Origin: Octopus vulgaris
Lineage: Eukaryota
Assembly: GCA_951406725.2 (NCBI GenBank)
Contig: OX597826.1
Location: 65,782,001-65,846,000, forward strand
Direction of reading: 5' to 3'
DNA length: 64,000 nt
A model generated the notes under the pieces. That model worked only from the letters and a program-made list of their open reading frames with translations. It was not told where the DNA came from and ran no database searches. The translations under genes were made by a program, and so were the position numbers. This document shows, in pieces, positions 32,556-46,475 of the stretch. Every line of letters starts with the position of its first letter. Positions within the stretch are counted from its first letter, which is position 1.

Positions 32556-32865
32556 TCGGTTACAAGGGTTCCAGTTGATCCGATGAACAGAACAGCCTAC
32601 TCGCGAAATTATCGTGCAAGTGGTTGAGCACTCCACAGACATGCGTACCTTTAACGTAGTTCTCAGAAAGATGCAGCATGATACAGAGTGTAACAAGGCT
32701 GACCCTTTGAAATATAGGTAAAACCCACTTTTGCCAGCTGAATGAATCGGAGTAACGTGAAATAAAGTGACTTGCTCACGGACACAACCCGACGCCGGGA
32801 ATCGAACTCACGACCTTACGATCGCGAACAGAGTATCCTAACCACTAAGTCATGTGTCCTCACTA
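32556..32865 (-). mobile_element. tRNA-derived SINE related to family C
   Basis: ccgggaatcgaactcacgacc...ctaaccactaagtcatgtg matches the head at 25780-25856; the body differs. Confidence 0.75.
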
Positions 32866-33902
32866 CCTCACTACACTATTACTCACCAAATCACATCACG
32901 CGATAAAACTAATTTATCGCAAATTGTATTCACTAATCATTAGTTTTGACATATCTGCGTATCCGTTGCTTCGCCGCAGAGGGGGTCCTTAACAAAAGCA
33001 TGTCTGCGTCTATTGCTTCAACGCAGAGGGTGTCCTTAGCAAGAATATTTTATGGAAAGTTTAAAAAGAATTTTTCATACCGACTTTTCTATAGAATGTT
33101 AGCATATCTGCAGAAATTGCTTTATAGCACAATTTCTAAACAATTATTCTGTTTTACACATTGTTAACTGGTTAATTGCCTGCAACTGGAAACAGTAAAT
33201 TCCCCAGAATTGTTTCCGAACTGATCAATTCGAAATGGTCTGCACATAAGAAAGCTTCAAATATTATGTAACTAACTCAGGGACAGGATCGAGATGAGAT
33301 ATGTGCGTAGGATGTAAATTTCAATTTTTATATATTTATTATACATCACGTACACAATAACCGGGTTTGTGATTCATCTTTATATTTTGTATCTTTTCAT
33401 TTGTCTTGCTCGCTTACGTTCTGGCGTTTGCTAAATTTTCCTGAGAACAATTGTTTCTTAGTGGTAAGACCACAGGGAGTCTACTTCTAGCATAATGGAT
33501 GTCCACTTAGTGGTCATCCCTCTTATATGTAATATAGTTTTTCCGAATCTTCAAATTTTTCAATATGCTAGACCACTGGTTTTAAATTGATATTAATCAA
33601 ATTAATATTCAATTTCTCACCCTCATTATTTTATATATATATCAGGTTAGCTGAGTTAGAGGTTAAAATAACCGTCTAGGGATAGAAGTATCCATTATAC
33701 TACCGGTATATTATCCATGTTTAACATGGGCATACATATGTAAGCAAGCATATTATGCTCATGAATTATAGGCAAAGATAAGGATAAACAAGAGTTTATC
33801 CAGAATCAAAATTTAAAGAAAACAAAAAGTGGAGAAATAATGATGAACAACAATTGAATGATATCAATTATTATTTATTCATTCAATACATATAGACTGC
33901 AT

Positions 33903-34020
33903 CCCATCTAACAGCTGTTTTTGCTTCTAATGTTGTATGGTATTACCATTGATATGCTAAATATATTTATCATATTTGGTATTGAAACCCATCTGAAACA
34001 AGGAGCTTCATCAGAGTGAA
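33903..34020 (-). ncRNA. Degenerate hammerhead-like motif
   Basis: Minus strand: CTGATGA-a-gct...agc-AAAAACAGCTGTT. G12 is lost, stem III is the perfect palindrome ACAGCTGT, and stem I is weak. Confidence 0.45.
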
Positions 34021-34589
34021 GAATAAATTAAAAAGAACCTAGAGAAGGAAAAGGAAAAGTTAAACATGGTTGTTATACCATTTTGCTTGTGTATCTTTTT
34101 GGGACGTTAAGTAGATTACTAAACTTAAAATAGTAATTGTTGGATTAATCCTTTGTATGGGGTGGGATACATGATAACGTACATTACAAGATACATCATG
34201 AATGTACACACACACATACATAATACTAAAACTCACAGTTTGTCTATTTTCCTACCATTTGATTAAGATGATAACGATTACAAATAGAATAGTCTTTTCT
34301 CACTTTAAGAAAAAAAGTCGTGTTGAAAATGTCGACACTTCAAAGAGTTGTGCCAGCTACTGCCGTCCGTCCTCTTTTCTTACTTTCTTTTTTCTTCCCT
34401 TAAGTATTTATACAACTTTCGGAGCGCTGTGGACTCGAAAGATAGAAATTCTCCCTATATTTTGATGAGCTATTTTTGAATCAAGGGTACTTGATAGTTT
34501 TTCTTAAAGGGGAATAATAACTATTTTATTTAAAATACAATATTAATCTTTATCATCAAAAGGCAAAAAGACAGATAGAGAGACTACCT

Positions 34590-35440
34590 CTTTATAAACG
34601 AAGATCAGTTGCAATGGGAGGAGTTGAATCTCATAAGAATGGAAAAACAGACATCAAATGGGTTGTACCTTATAATGAAACTCTTTTAAGAACATTCAAA
34701 TGCCACTGCAAATTTGAAATCGTTGCCTTGGTGAGGTCAATTAAGAACGTCATTCAGTACATACCGAAAAGAAATGACCAAGCTGCTGTTCAAATAAACA
34801 ATGATAACGAAATTAGTCAATATATATAGTGGGCCATCCGAAGCAGTTGCATCTATTTTAGGATTTTCAATTCATGAAAGAGCAACTACAATAGTGAAAT
34901 GGCAAGTTCGTCTACCAGATGAACTAAGAATATTGCTCAGAAATTATGAGGATATACTGTTGTGTCTGGAGAGAGTCATTTTCTTTTTGTGCCTTATAAT
35001 GTAACACACTCACCGGTAAAATTTCCACTTCTTATTTTTATTTTCCTAAAATTTTCGTTGCGTTTTGCAACCTTTTCAATAGTCTTGATGAGGATATATA
35101 TGGCTATCAATGAACGACATATGAGAAAAACATTGACAGAATTCTTTTCATTGTGCATCAATGATAACTTTGCAAAAAACATTACTTTATGCTAAAGCAC
35201 CCATGTATTTCACTGGAACTGTAGTAACAAAAAATGGCAAAGAAGAAAGCGAGGGGAAAGAGTAGGTCATTTGAATGGCTTCAAAGAAGAAACACTTGGT
35301 CGTGTTTATGTTGTCATATTAAAGGCAGGGGAACTGTGTTATTTAAGAATTTTTGCATGAAGTTCAAATTAGTACTTTTTCCTTTCTCGCTGCGTATCGA
35401 CATTTTCAATTTGGAGGTTCAATTTGGCGGGTTCATCTAG
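34590..35440 (+). mobile_element. Helitron Rep fragment with probable 3' terminus
   Basis: WVVPYN.TLLRTFKCHC.FE, SIK.V..Y, NEISQY, GPSEAV..ILGFSIHER, LTEFFSLC and TLGRVY. Ends ggcgggttcatCTAG|T. Confidence 0.88.
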
Positions 35441-36313
35441 TGTATATATGTATATATATATAATGTACACATACATACATTGTATATATTTTTAATGTAC
35501 TTTGCAATATATACTGTACAATATTCTTTACCTACACATATTCATAAGCATGTATACATACGTAAAGAACATATACAATTCATATGCACACGCACACACA
35601 CACACACACACACGTGTGTGTATGGAGAGAGAGATGGGGGGGGGAGATTATACACACATTATATACCTACATATACACATATATATAGATAAATAGATAC
35701 ATACATACATGTATAGATACATGCATAAATACATATATATATATACACACATATGTATGTTTGTATGTATGTATGTATGTATGTATATGCATATATTTAT
35801 GCTTGTATTTATAAGTAAAAATACGTATATACACGAATGTACATACGCACGCCTGCATATATGTATCTATGCAAGTATGTGTGTACGAACTGTTAAGCGC
35901 GTATGTGAATGCGTATTTTCTTGGCTCAAGCATTTTGGTTTTTTTCAAAAAAATTCTCCGTCGTCATTGGTCCGAATCAAAATGATTTCCTGTTTCTCTG
36001 CGAACATATTATCTTCCAGCAATAATGAAGAATGAGGTATTTGCATCGTCGACATATAGTCACCCCCACCTCCCTGTACCAACCTCTGGCACACCAATAT
36101 TTAAGTAAAAGCTTAGTGTTTTGTTTATAATGCCATGAGTTCGCCCATCCCATCCCACGGACTGAGTAAAAACTTACTTTATTCAAACGCTATGTGTTAA
36201 TATGTGTATGTTCGCGTCTGAGTGTTGGGAAGAGACGAGCATGTAGTTATGTGGCGCATACATACACAAATATACACTTGTAAACACACACTCGCACACA
36301 CAACACACACACA

Positions 36314-36369
<56 letters not shown>

Positions 36370-36579
36370 TATAGTTATCTGGCCGTCTATCCACCCGAGT
36401 GTGTGTATGCGTGTATGCTATTGCATACAATGTAATATTCCTACACGCACTCGGTAAAGGATATTGCGCATTATTTATGATATATTAGGTTGCATTATTT
36501 CCTCTGTCATTTTATATTATTGAGCACTTTCTATCAATAATATAAAGGTATATTGAAATACATACTTTTGCTTTTAGCT

Positions 36580-36960
36580 TATACTTGCTTCAGTCATTAG
36601 ACTGCAGCCATGCTGGGACAACGCCTGAAATTCTTTTAGTCGACTGATCCCAGTACTTGATTCCAGTACTTTTTCTTGAAAACCTGGTACTTATTATATC
36701 GATCTTTTAGGTCAAATCGCTAGGTTACACCAACACCGGTTGTCAAGCAGCGGTGGGAGGCAAACACAAATACACACATGCACACGCATTAGCGCGCGCA
36801 CACACACGCACAAACGCACACGACGAGCTTTATTCAGTTTCCATCTACCGATTCCACTCACAAAGATATAGTAGAGGACCCGACGCTATAGAAGACACAT
36901 AGTGTGACTGAACTCAGAACCATGTAGTTTGGAAGCAAGCTTCTTACCACACAGCCACAC
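36580..36960 (-). mobile_element. SINE family A copy (diverged)
   Basis: cttcagtcattagactgcagccatgctgg...cttaccacacagccac. Confidence 0.8.
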
Positions 36961-37542
36961 CTAATACACACGCACTCTGTGTGCGCGCGCGCGCGTATGC
37001 GTTTAAGTACACATGATGGGCTTCTGTACGTATTATATCTCTACCCTATTTATGTCACAAGCGATTAACCAAGAGATAGGGTGAATATGCGCACATATGC
37101 ATGCCTACAAAATGCATTCGTCATACATAGATATATACGTTTTATTTAGTCTAGATAAATTCTCAGTGCTAAGTTTGAAGAGAAATGTTATTAAATATGT
37201 ATGTAAGCATATACAAAGGGGTATTGTATATATATATATGTGTGTGTTTATATGCGTATATAAAGTAGAAATGTATTCATGTCACATTATTAATTATCTA
37301 CTACGGCTTTTAATGTAAATAATCTTTGGTAGCAGATTAAATGCATATTTTGTAAACACTAAAAACCAAATCAGTGTCATAATCGGGTGGACAAAAATTA
37401 GATTTAACACATATCACATATGCACACACCCACAAGTATATACACTCATTCACACATATACGTAAACCGAGATAAATTACATACGCACAAATATCTATAT
37501 CAATCTATCACTCCCTTCCTCCCTCCCTCCATTCACCCACCC

Positions 37543-37606
<64 letters not shown>

Positions 37607-37623
37607 GTCTGTCTGTCTGTCTA

Positions 37624-37711
<88 letters not shown>

Positions 37712-37783
37712 CCTATCTATCTACCTACCTGTCTATCTATCTAACTAGCTCTCCCTCCATCCCTCCCTCCATCCATCCACTCA

Positions 37784-37821
<38 letters not shown>

Positions 37822-37937
37822 CATCTAACTAGCTATAGCTTGTGGGTATACTTAGATGTACGACGGCTCGTGTACGAGTTAGAGGTCCGGGTAGATTATC
37901 ATTATTCAGTCAGCTTCCAGTAAACGTTTGTGCGTGC

Positions 37938-38031
<94 letters not shown>

Positions 38032-38496
38032 ATGCGCGTGTGCGTGTATGAATGTATAAAACCATTCATACAGACACACTCGTATATATGCATGCAGGAA
38101 TTCGGATACATATGTCCGGGTATTCAGTCCTATTCTCAAATTAGATGCGTACCTAATCTCTTCGGTGCCGAACGTTTCCAAAAGTTTTACAGTACATCAG
38201 AGCTCGTTTGCCCCTCCTTCTCAAGACAGATGTTATGCCATACCCCAAGCTACTACACAGATACATGCAATTTTAATCATATAGCCAAATTAATTTTTCA
38301 CAAAATGATTCCTTATACGTACGTATTTATCGCTTGTGCATTTTCTACTTGTACACGTTTCATGTGAAATCATGGCTCCTATACATACATACATACATAC
38401 ATACATACATACATACATACATACATACATACATACATACATACATACATACATACATACATACATACATACATACATACATGCATACATACATAC

Positions 38497-38546
<50 letters not shown>

Positions 38547-38568
38547 GCACTGTATATACACACACGTA

Positions 38569-38618
<50 letters not shown>

Positions 38619-38972
38619 TATATATATATATTTGATAAGTAGATTGTGTCCATACAGCTTACGGTTTAGCAACTAACTCTGTTACGATTGTTAAGGATTA
38701 TAATTGGTTTCATAACAAGCTAAAGTTCGTTACGTAAATAATAACGTGTAGAATGCAGCTTAGCTAATCACCAGGTCCTTGTTACCTTAATGAGGGCCGC
38801 AGGAAGTATAAATGAATCATCCAGCTAGCCATCAAAAAATGGACAGTCGAAAAAAAAACAAAAAGGGAGAGGTAAAATCGGCGTTAATATAATTATGCTG
38901 TGTCAGAGAGACTTCTTTTGAGAGACTTTATGCATTGAAAGTCGCACCACAATCAGAATGACATTAGGAGAC

Positions 38973-39017
38973 TGCCAGACACCGGTGATTCGCCTTGATT
39001 TAACGTCCTCAGTGATA
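38973..39017 (-). ncRNA. Decayed type I hammerhead ribozyme
   Basis: Minus strand: tca-CTGAGGA-c-gtt..ggc-GAAT-CACCGGTG-TC-tgg. A15.1>T, and stem II is held by G-U pairs. Confidence 0.5.
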
Positions 39018-39189
39018 CACATGTAGAGTCATTCTGAGCTAAATCGGATCTTTGTTTCCAATATAGAAACCAGTAAATAAAAAAACATTGTTTCTGATTT
39101 GTAAACACGCTTTTAAGCTAGTGCCATTCTATTTTTGCACATTACTTTATAACTGATATATACGTTATTTCTTTAATTTAATGCTGTTG

Positions 39190-39353
39190 CAAGTGCGGCT
39201 GTGTTGTAAATAGCTTGCTTACCAACCACATGGTTCCGGGTTCAGTCCTACTGCGTGGCACCTTAGGCAAGTGTCTTCTACCATAGCCCCAGGCCGACCA
39301 GAGCCTTGTGAATGGATTTGGTAGACGTATATTTATATGTGTGTGTATGTATG

Positions 39354-39406
<53 letters not shown>

Positions 39407-39442
39407 ATATTTCTGTTTTGTCATGCACAACAAATATTTAAA

Positions 39443-39487
<45 letters not shown>

Positions 39488-39700
39488 ATATATGAGTGTT
39501 TGTATGTCTGTATTTGTCCCTCCACCATCGCTTGTCAACCGATGCTGGTGTGTTTATGTCTCCGTAACTTAGCGGTTCGGCAAAATATACCGATAGAATA
39601 AGTACTAGGTTTACAAAAAATAAGTCCTGGGGTCCATTTGTTCGACTAAAGGCGGTGCTCCAGCACGGCCGAGGTCAAATGACTGAAACAAATAAAAGAA
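39190..39700 (+). mobile_element. SINE family A copy with expanded internal (AT)n
   Basis: Family A head and tail consensus both present. Confidence 0.9.
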
Positions 39701-39709
39701 TATATATCA

Positions 39710-40262
39710 CGTGACCGACCAGATTATTGCTAGTTAGAATGCGCTTTGCATCGCTTTAGTTTTCGAATGATGTCACCCTGCTGGCTAGGAGAGCAGGCGA
39801 ACATTGCTGATTAGAAGGTTAGCCAAACCCAGTGGTACCGGTCTACAACTGAGTGGAGTGGAACAACATGAAATTAAGTGTTTTGCTCAAAAACACAATG
39901 CGCTGTTCGGTGGGGAAATCGAACTCACATTTGCTTGGTCGTGAATGCAACACCTTAACCACTGGGTCACGCACCTTCACACACATGCACACACGAAAAC
40001 TTATGCACACGCACACATCAGCTTAGCCGTCACTTGCAAGCGAAAACCAACACAAACATTCATTCTCTTGACTCATTGAGCATCGTGGACGTGACTGTTG
40101 GAGGAAAAGAGCGCTATCCCAGCACTCACGTGATACTCATTTTTGCCTGAGTGAACTGGAAGAATGTAAAATGATGTGCCTTCATCAAGGCCACAACGCT
40201 CTGCCCTATGCTGAAATCAAACTCGTGACGTTATGATTATGAGCCCAACACCTTTACCACAT
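39710..40262 (-). mobile_element. Two degraded family C-related SINE copies
   Basis: gaaatcgaactcac...ccttaaccactgggtcacgcacc at ~39915-39980; similar sequence at ~40085-40262. Confidence 0.65.
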
Positions 40263-40393
40263 CTCTTCATATACATACATACAACACACGCACGTATGCA
40301 CTACTACCTATAGACACATACAAACAAACACAATATCCCCCTCTCTCTCTCTCTCTTTGAGTCCCTCTCTGTCTCTCTGCCTCTCTGCCTCTT

Positions 40394-40424
<31 letters not shown>

Positions 40425-40449
40425 TTTCTCTTCTGCATCTTACATCTTT

Positions 40450-40850
40450 TTTTTTAATTGTTTCGTTCATTGAAATGCAGCCATGCTGGGGTGCCGTCTT
40501 GAAGGGTTACGTCCAGATCGACTCAAGTAGGTTTGTTACTTATTCTATCGTTCTCTTTTGCCGAAACGTTAAGTTGCTGGGACGTAAACAAACCAACACC
40601 AATTGTCAGACAGTGGTGAGGGTACAAACACAAGCATAGATACACGCATACACGTGTATATATGTGTATACGTTATCGATGGCTTTCCACACAGTTTCCG
40701 ACAACCAAATTCACTCACAAAGCATTGGTCAAACGGGTGGTGCAATTGAAGACACTTGGCCAACGTACTACACGTTGAGACTGAACCCCAAAGCATTGGT
40801 TGCAAAGCGAGCTTCTTAAAACCACACAGCTATGCCAGAGCCTGTAAAGT
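40450..40850 (-). mobile_element. SINE family A copy (diverged)
   Basis: gcagccatgctgg...aaaccacacagc. Confidence 0.8.
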
Positions 40851-40858
40851 ATATATAT

Positions 40859-40928
<70 letters not shown>

Positions 40929-40973
40929 CCCTCCTTCTTTCCTGAGCGTCCAATAATACTTTTTTGTATCTCG

Positions 40974-41037
<64 letters not shown>

Positions 41038-42103
41038 CGTTTCAGCCCAAAGGTTGTGGCCTAGCTGGAGCACCACCGGTAAAAAAAAACTGGCCAGCTA
41101 GCCTCTACAGAGAATCGAACCTTGTTCTCAAATTCTGACTGAGCGGTCTGTACCATTAAGTCAAGAGACTCATATGTATGTGTGTGTGTTCGTGTGTACG
41201 CGTGTGCGTGCGTGTGTACGTGCGTGTGCGCGTGCGTATATATATATATATTTTTGTATGCATCTATGTACACAATTAAGTGTTATGAGGTAATGAATAC
41301 CTTGACAGTCAGGTGTCACGAGGTACTGAACACTTGAGTTTGTAGCTTCAGTCTGACGTAGTGATGGGTGATGTCTTGTTTTTATATTAAAATACGTAAA
41401 TATGATGTTGAGTTGTATAAAAAGAAGCAAAAAAACAAAACAAAAAAGAATAAGAAAAGAAATTATAGCCAACACAGACGTCTAAACTGCATAAACCTAA
41501 GAATACGTAATATTCTGAGTCCTTCATTTCACCTATTAAACTATTCAGCACCAACCGATACGAACTATCTGCGTAGGTGCAAGAAATAGCAGCTGTGTGT
41601 CCTTGAGACCGCACCCAGTTCTCTTACATAAGAACGGAATATATGATATATTAGATCAGTGGTTCTCAAAATGACGATATCAGAGAACCACCCTATTCCA
41701 CTAAAATGCGGCGTTGGATTAACCATTAAGCAAAATAAGTATGTACTTAAGGCATCAAGGGAAAAGGGGCACCACAGAAATGGTAAATGGTTTACAGCAC
41801 TAAAGAAATCACTTTAAACTTGCTAAAATAGTTATTCCAAGTTGTTTATATGATTGGTAATATAATTGCAAAGTGTTCATGGTGTCATAGTGAGGATCTT
41901 ATCAAAGACTTTGCAATTAAAAGCAAGGAGAAAGCTTTTCAAATAGAAATAAAGTGGATGCATACAAAAATAAACATTATTTTCCATCTTACTGTTAGGT
42001 TTCTTTCATTTTGAAAAATAACAGTTTATTTTATGATTTGTTATCGTTTATATTTTGAGTTACACATAAGCGGAGGAGTGACTGTGTGGTAAGTAGATTA
42101 CTT

Positions 42104-43554
42104 TTATTCATTAAATTTGTCATGAAGGCAGTACATAGATGTAGCTTTGCGGGCTGGACGTAAACATTGATAGTATGAATGATGGTGATGGAACAAAGAT
42201 GGTGATGGGAGAAGACGAAAGCGCCCGCCGACTTCCGCTTCTCTAAGACAATGTTCTTTTTTCAAAAAATCAAAAAGTCACAAAATTTCACAAAAGTCGC
42301 AATGAGGCAATGAACCTCTTTCTCAATATGATGCAATGTTCTATTTTTTGTTTAAAAACATTCAAAAAGTTCAAGTCACCCGGCCGACCAGCGCTCTTGC
42401 TTCATTGAGGCAATCATTCTTTGTCAGGCCGTACCATGCAGGTATAAATTGAAAGGAGTCCTCCAGGAAGTAATTCACGATCCTGCACAGATCGCTATCC
42501 CATAGGACCTCCGCAGCCACCTGCGAAGGTCACTCAGGGTCCTCCGTGCAGGACCGAAGTCTCTCCCTTTGGCCTCTCCTTTCCATTTTCCCTATTTCGT
42601 TTTCAAGTGTTCCTCCTTTGTGGAAGAGGACCACATATTGATCCTCCGGCGGCACACCCGCCTGAGGAGACTTGGGAGGCGCCGTCTGCGTGTTACAATC
42701 CGCCGGCGGCGTCCCGTTTCTTTTTTTACCTTTTTTTCCCTGGGCCGCGGGAGGGTGAGGTTCCTGTGTTGCACACAACGGGTCCTCTATTTCTCCCGCA
42801 GCTCCCGGGTCTTTCGGTGGGTCACCATTGTTGCTCATCTTTCTTTTCTTTTTTGAGGATGTAGCAATTTCCTCGTTCTGTTTCTCTCCCTCTATTGGGG
42901 GAGCAGGGAGAGATTCCACCATTAACTGTTCCAGGATCCTACTTTGGTCCCTGGGGCAGTTCTTCTTAATTTGGCCGGTCTCCAGGCACAGTGACACTTG
43001 GCGGGGGGGGGGCGTCCCTCAAGCATCACCGGATACCTGGACCCGGCCATCCTCAAGAAATCTGGAAAAACCAGACTTTCGGCTGATTGGGTCCATAGGG
43101 TCAAAACAGCTTTCGACCCCTCCCAATCAGCCGCAGGCAACATTTTAACACTCAGCAGCTTGGTACTGCTACCACTCAGATCCCGGCGGATAGAGTCCTC
43201 TATCCACTCGGGCTCAACTCCGGGTGGTAGGCCACAGATCCAAGCTTTTAATAGCTTTTTCCCCATGTAATTTGGCAAGAATAATATTTCTTTGCCATCA
43301 AGGGGCTGGCCTGCAAAGTCGCAAGCTTCTTGTGGGGAGTCAAATAGCAACCAGACCGTTGCATATTTGACTCCCTGTGAGATAAATTTAACGGCTGGCA
43401 TGTAGTCCGCCAGCTCGTTCAAAATAGTGGCCTTTGGGAAGACGGCTATGGTGTCTAGCGACTTCGAATAGATCCTCAACACCACGGTCTTCCTTTCCAG
43501 CTCTTTTAAATATTTTTTGGGAGATGTCAACTCCCACACAAGAATTTCCTTTGT
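42104..43554 (-). mobile_element. ORF1-only L1/Tx1-related retroelement (HAL1-like), 5'-truncated
   Basis: TSD ttactt. ORF1 remnant followed by a ~265 nt 3' UTR ending in AATAAA at the junction. No EN or RT sequence. Confidence 0.75.
42371..43554 (-). pseudogene. LINE ORF1 (RRM-like region plus degenerate CCHC zinc knuckle), one frameshift and one in-frame stop
   Basis: ORF 42922-43539 (...ICGLPP...YPVMLEGRPP) shifts at the poly-C run near 43003-43012 into SLCLETGQIKKNCP. It reads through the TGA at 42530 to the TGA at 42371. Confidence 0.8.
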
Positions 43555-43687
43555 TTACTTACCAACCACATGGTTCCGGGTTCAGTCCCACTGCGTGGCA
43601 CCTTGAGTGAGTGTTTTCTACTATAACCTTGGGTTGACCAAAGCCTTGTGAGTGGATTTGGTAGACGGAAATTGAAAGAAGCCCGTC

Positions 43688-43745
<58 letters not shown>

Positions 43746-44189
43746 TGTCCCCCCACCATCGCTTGCCAACCGATGTTGACGTGACTACCTCTCCGTAACT
43801 TAGCGATTCGGCAAAAGAGACCAATACAATAAGTACTAGGCTTACAAAGAATAGTCCTGGGGTCGATTTGTTCCACTAAAGGCGGTGCTTCAGCATGGCC
43901 GCAGTCAAATAACTGAAACAAATAAAAGGATACACGGGGTCACCAAAATCTTTTAAGTGCTTACGGCCTCTATGGGTCTTAATCCGGCCTTGCTAAAATG
44001 CGAAATGTTAATACTCCTCCTTACTTGTTATTAATGAGAAATCAAAACAGAATTTGCAGCCATTTTAATTCTTCTTTCTTCGCTATGGTCTTGGACAAGT
44101 TAAAAAGTTTAAAGTCATCGAATTTTATCAAAGAATGGCAATTTCAGTTACACTTTCCATTCCCTACAGTCCCTTCCATGTAAGAAACA

Positions 44190-44335
44190 CTGCCACATAG
44201 GCTGCTCAACCACGTAATTCCAGGTTCAGTCCCACTGTGTGGTACCTTGGGTAAGTGTCTTCCACTGTAACCTCCGGCCGACCAAAGCCTTGTGAATGGA
44301 TTTAGTAGACAGAAACCGTAAGAAACCCGTCCTAG

Positions 44336-44418
<83 letters not shown>

Positions 44419-44630
44419 TGAGTTTTGTCCCCATCACTGCTTCGCAATCATTGTTGTTGTATTTACGTCCTCGTAACTTAGCGGTTTGGTAAAAAATAAA
44501 AAAGACCGACACAATAAGTACAAAGCCTTAAAAAAATATATAAATTCTACGGCTGATTCGTTCGACTAAAATTCTTCAAGGCGGAGTGTAATGACTGAAG
44601 CAAGTAAAAGAATAAAAGAGTAAAAGAATC
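44190..44630 (+). mobile_element. SINE family A copy with internal (GT)n
   Basis: ggttcagtcccactgtgtggtaccttgg...gactgaagcaagtaaaag. Confidence 0.85.
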
Positions 44631-44740
44631 CTACATAAAATTAAAAACAATGTGTTGTCTTTGGAACCATCTTATTGGAGTTGATCATGGGTCAAACAAC
44701 GACAACTACTGAATACTAGGTATTTTGGCAGCCTCTAAGT

Positions 44741-44881
44741 CAGGCTTGTGCAAGCGTTTTCAAGAAGCGGGCCGCATGAAACATGGCACTTCTAAAGCAG
44801 CACTTCTGACAAAATTCATTGTAATTTTTCGTTAGGTGTGCCATTCACAAAGTCCCGTGGGCTTCACTTTTCCCATGACTG
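44741..44881. mobile_element. Short hAT MITE
   Basis: TIRs caggcttgtgcaa / ttcccatgactg. The 8-bp flanks ctctaagt / ctctatgt match at 7/8. Confidence 0.75.
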
Positions 44882-46046
44882 CTCTATGTTTCACTGGAAA
44901 TAACAGTCGAATCACAGCTTTTCGTTTTAAAAAGTGAGCGACATATCAGAAGGTCTCGCCGTTAATACACCATAACCGAGAAAGGCAACACAAAGAACAA
45001 AAAACAAAAGACAACAACAATAACAAACAGGATGGTCTCTGCTGGAATGCATTTACTAATAAATCTACACCAGCAGGGCTGACTTAGCGCTAAGCTGCTA
45101 AGCAGCAGGTATGTTACTAAACGATGCGAAAGAAATGATTAAAGAACAAAGGTTAAAGACGAAATGAAAATGAATGTCCCATTATTTGAGCTTCTATAAG
45201 CTCGACTGTATGAAACATAATATCTGTGGCGTCGGGTTGCTTGATACGCATTAATCATATCACAGTATAAACATACTGCAGCGAGAACTCTATAATATTT
45301 CTGTCAGTATGTGAATACGATGACTTTATAATCGCCATCTTGTTTGTCTTGGTTGTTAATCATTCTCAGAAAATTATCGCATATTATCGAACTTTGGGTC
45401 AGTTATTCCATTTACTGTGACCTCAATCCCTTCTATTGTAAACCCTTGAGACAAAAAACTTTGAAAGTTTTAACGAAGAAGGCTGTGTTCGCTGGGAATG
45501 TTATTTACACAAGAATATTTCGTAAAATTGTGGAGGCAAGAGGCCAGGGAATTTTTGATATATAAATAGTTTTCCACCTCTTACGTACAAATTTTGGCTA
45601 TAATAAAACTGCGATGATATGCTGATTAATCTCACTGTGTGATAGCATGAAAATTAATCTCTCTGTGACGATACTAAGGTATTTAATCTCAAAGTAAAAT
45701 CAAATTATTTTTCACATATCCCGAAAGAAAGGCTGTCATATTTATCAAAATCTATTTTGCTAATATATTGTGAACACCCAGCCTTGCATTGGGATTTATC
45801 GAGTCTTATGAATTCTTCTGCAATACGTAGCAAACCCTTGAGACAAAAAAAAAAAAAAGACTTTGCAAATTTTAACGATGAAGGCTGTTTTCTTGGAATT
45901 TTATTTCCACGAGAATATTTCTCTCTTACTCCCACCCGCTGTCTCTCTCTTTCTCGATCCATTCTTCTTTGAAGTAGCCTTTTTTAGCACCATACATCTT
46001 TAAAGAGACCTCCCTTGGACGAAATACTGCGGCTAGAATTTAACAA

Positions 46047-46207
46047 CGTGCAGGAGTGGCTGTGTGATTAGAAGCTTGCTTGCCAACCACATGGTTCCGG
46101 GTTCAGTCCCACTGCGTGGCACCTTGGGCGAGTGTCTTCTACTATAGCCTCGGGCCAACCAAAGCCTTGTGAGTGGATTTGGTAGACGGAAACTGAAAGA
46201 AGCCCGT

Positions 46208-46254
<47 letters not shown>

Positions 46255-46475
46255 TATGTATATGTTTGTGTGTACGTGTGTGTGTTTTCCCCACCATCTC
46301 TTGAAAACCGATGTTGATGTGATTACGTCCCCGTAACTTAGCGGTTCGGCAAAAATGACCGATATAATAAGTACTAGGCTTAGAAAGAATAAGTCCTGGG
46401 ATCGATTTGTTCGACTAAAAGGTGGTGCTCCGGCATAGCCGCAGTCAGATGACTGAAACAAGTAAAAGAATAACA
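46047..46475 (+). mobile_element. SINE family A, near full length
   Basis: Complete head, internal (AT)n and tail. Confidence 0.92.

Larger units (their letters stand above)
42069..43931 (+). mobile_element. SINE family A split by a 1.45 kb insertion
   Basis: The head ggagtgactgtgtggtaagtagattactt (to 42103) resumes as ttacttaccaaccacatgg at 43555. Confidence 0.9.
41709..43992. mobile_element. Non-autonomous hAT element hosting nested insertions
   Basis: Perfect 8-bp TSD ctaaaatg (41701-41708 and 43993-44000). Degenerate TIRs cggcgttggattaa / ttaatccggccttg. Confidence 0.8.

Noticed and set aside
38160-38210. Minus-strand CTGATGT...GAAACGTT hammerhead candidate
   Set aside because: A9 is mutated, stem II does not pair and stem I is only 3 bp.
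41657-41693. 37-bp hAT TIR pair (cagtggttctc...gagaaccac)
   Set aside because: Probably a collapsed MITE remnant; no TSD and too short to support more.
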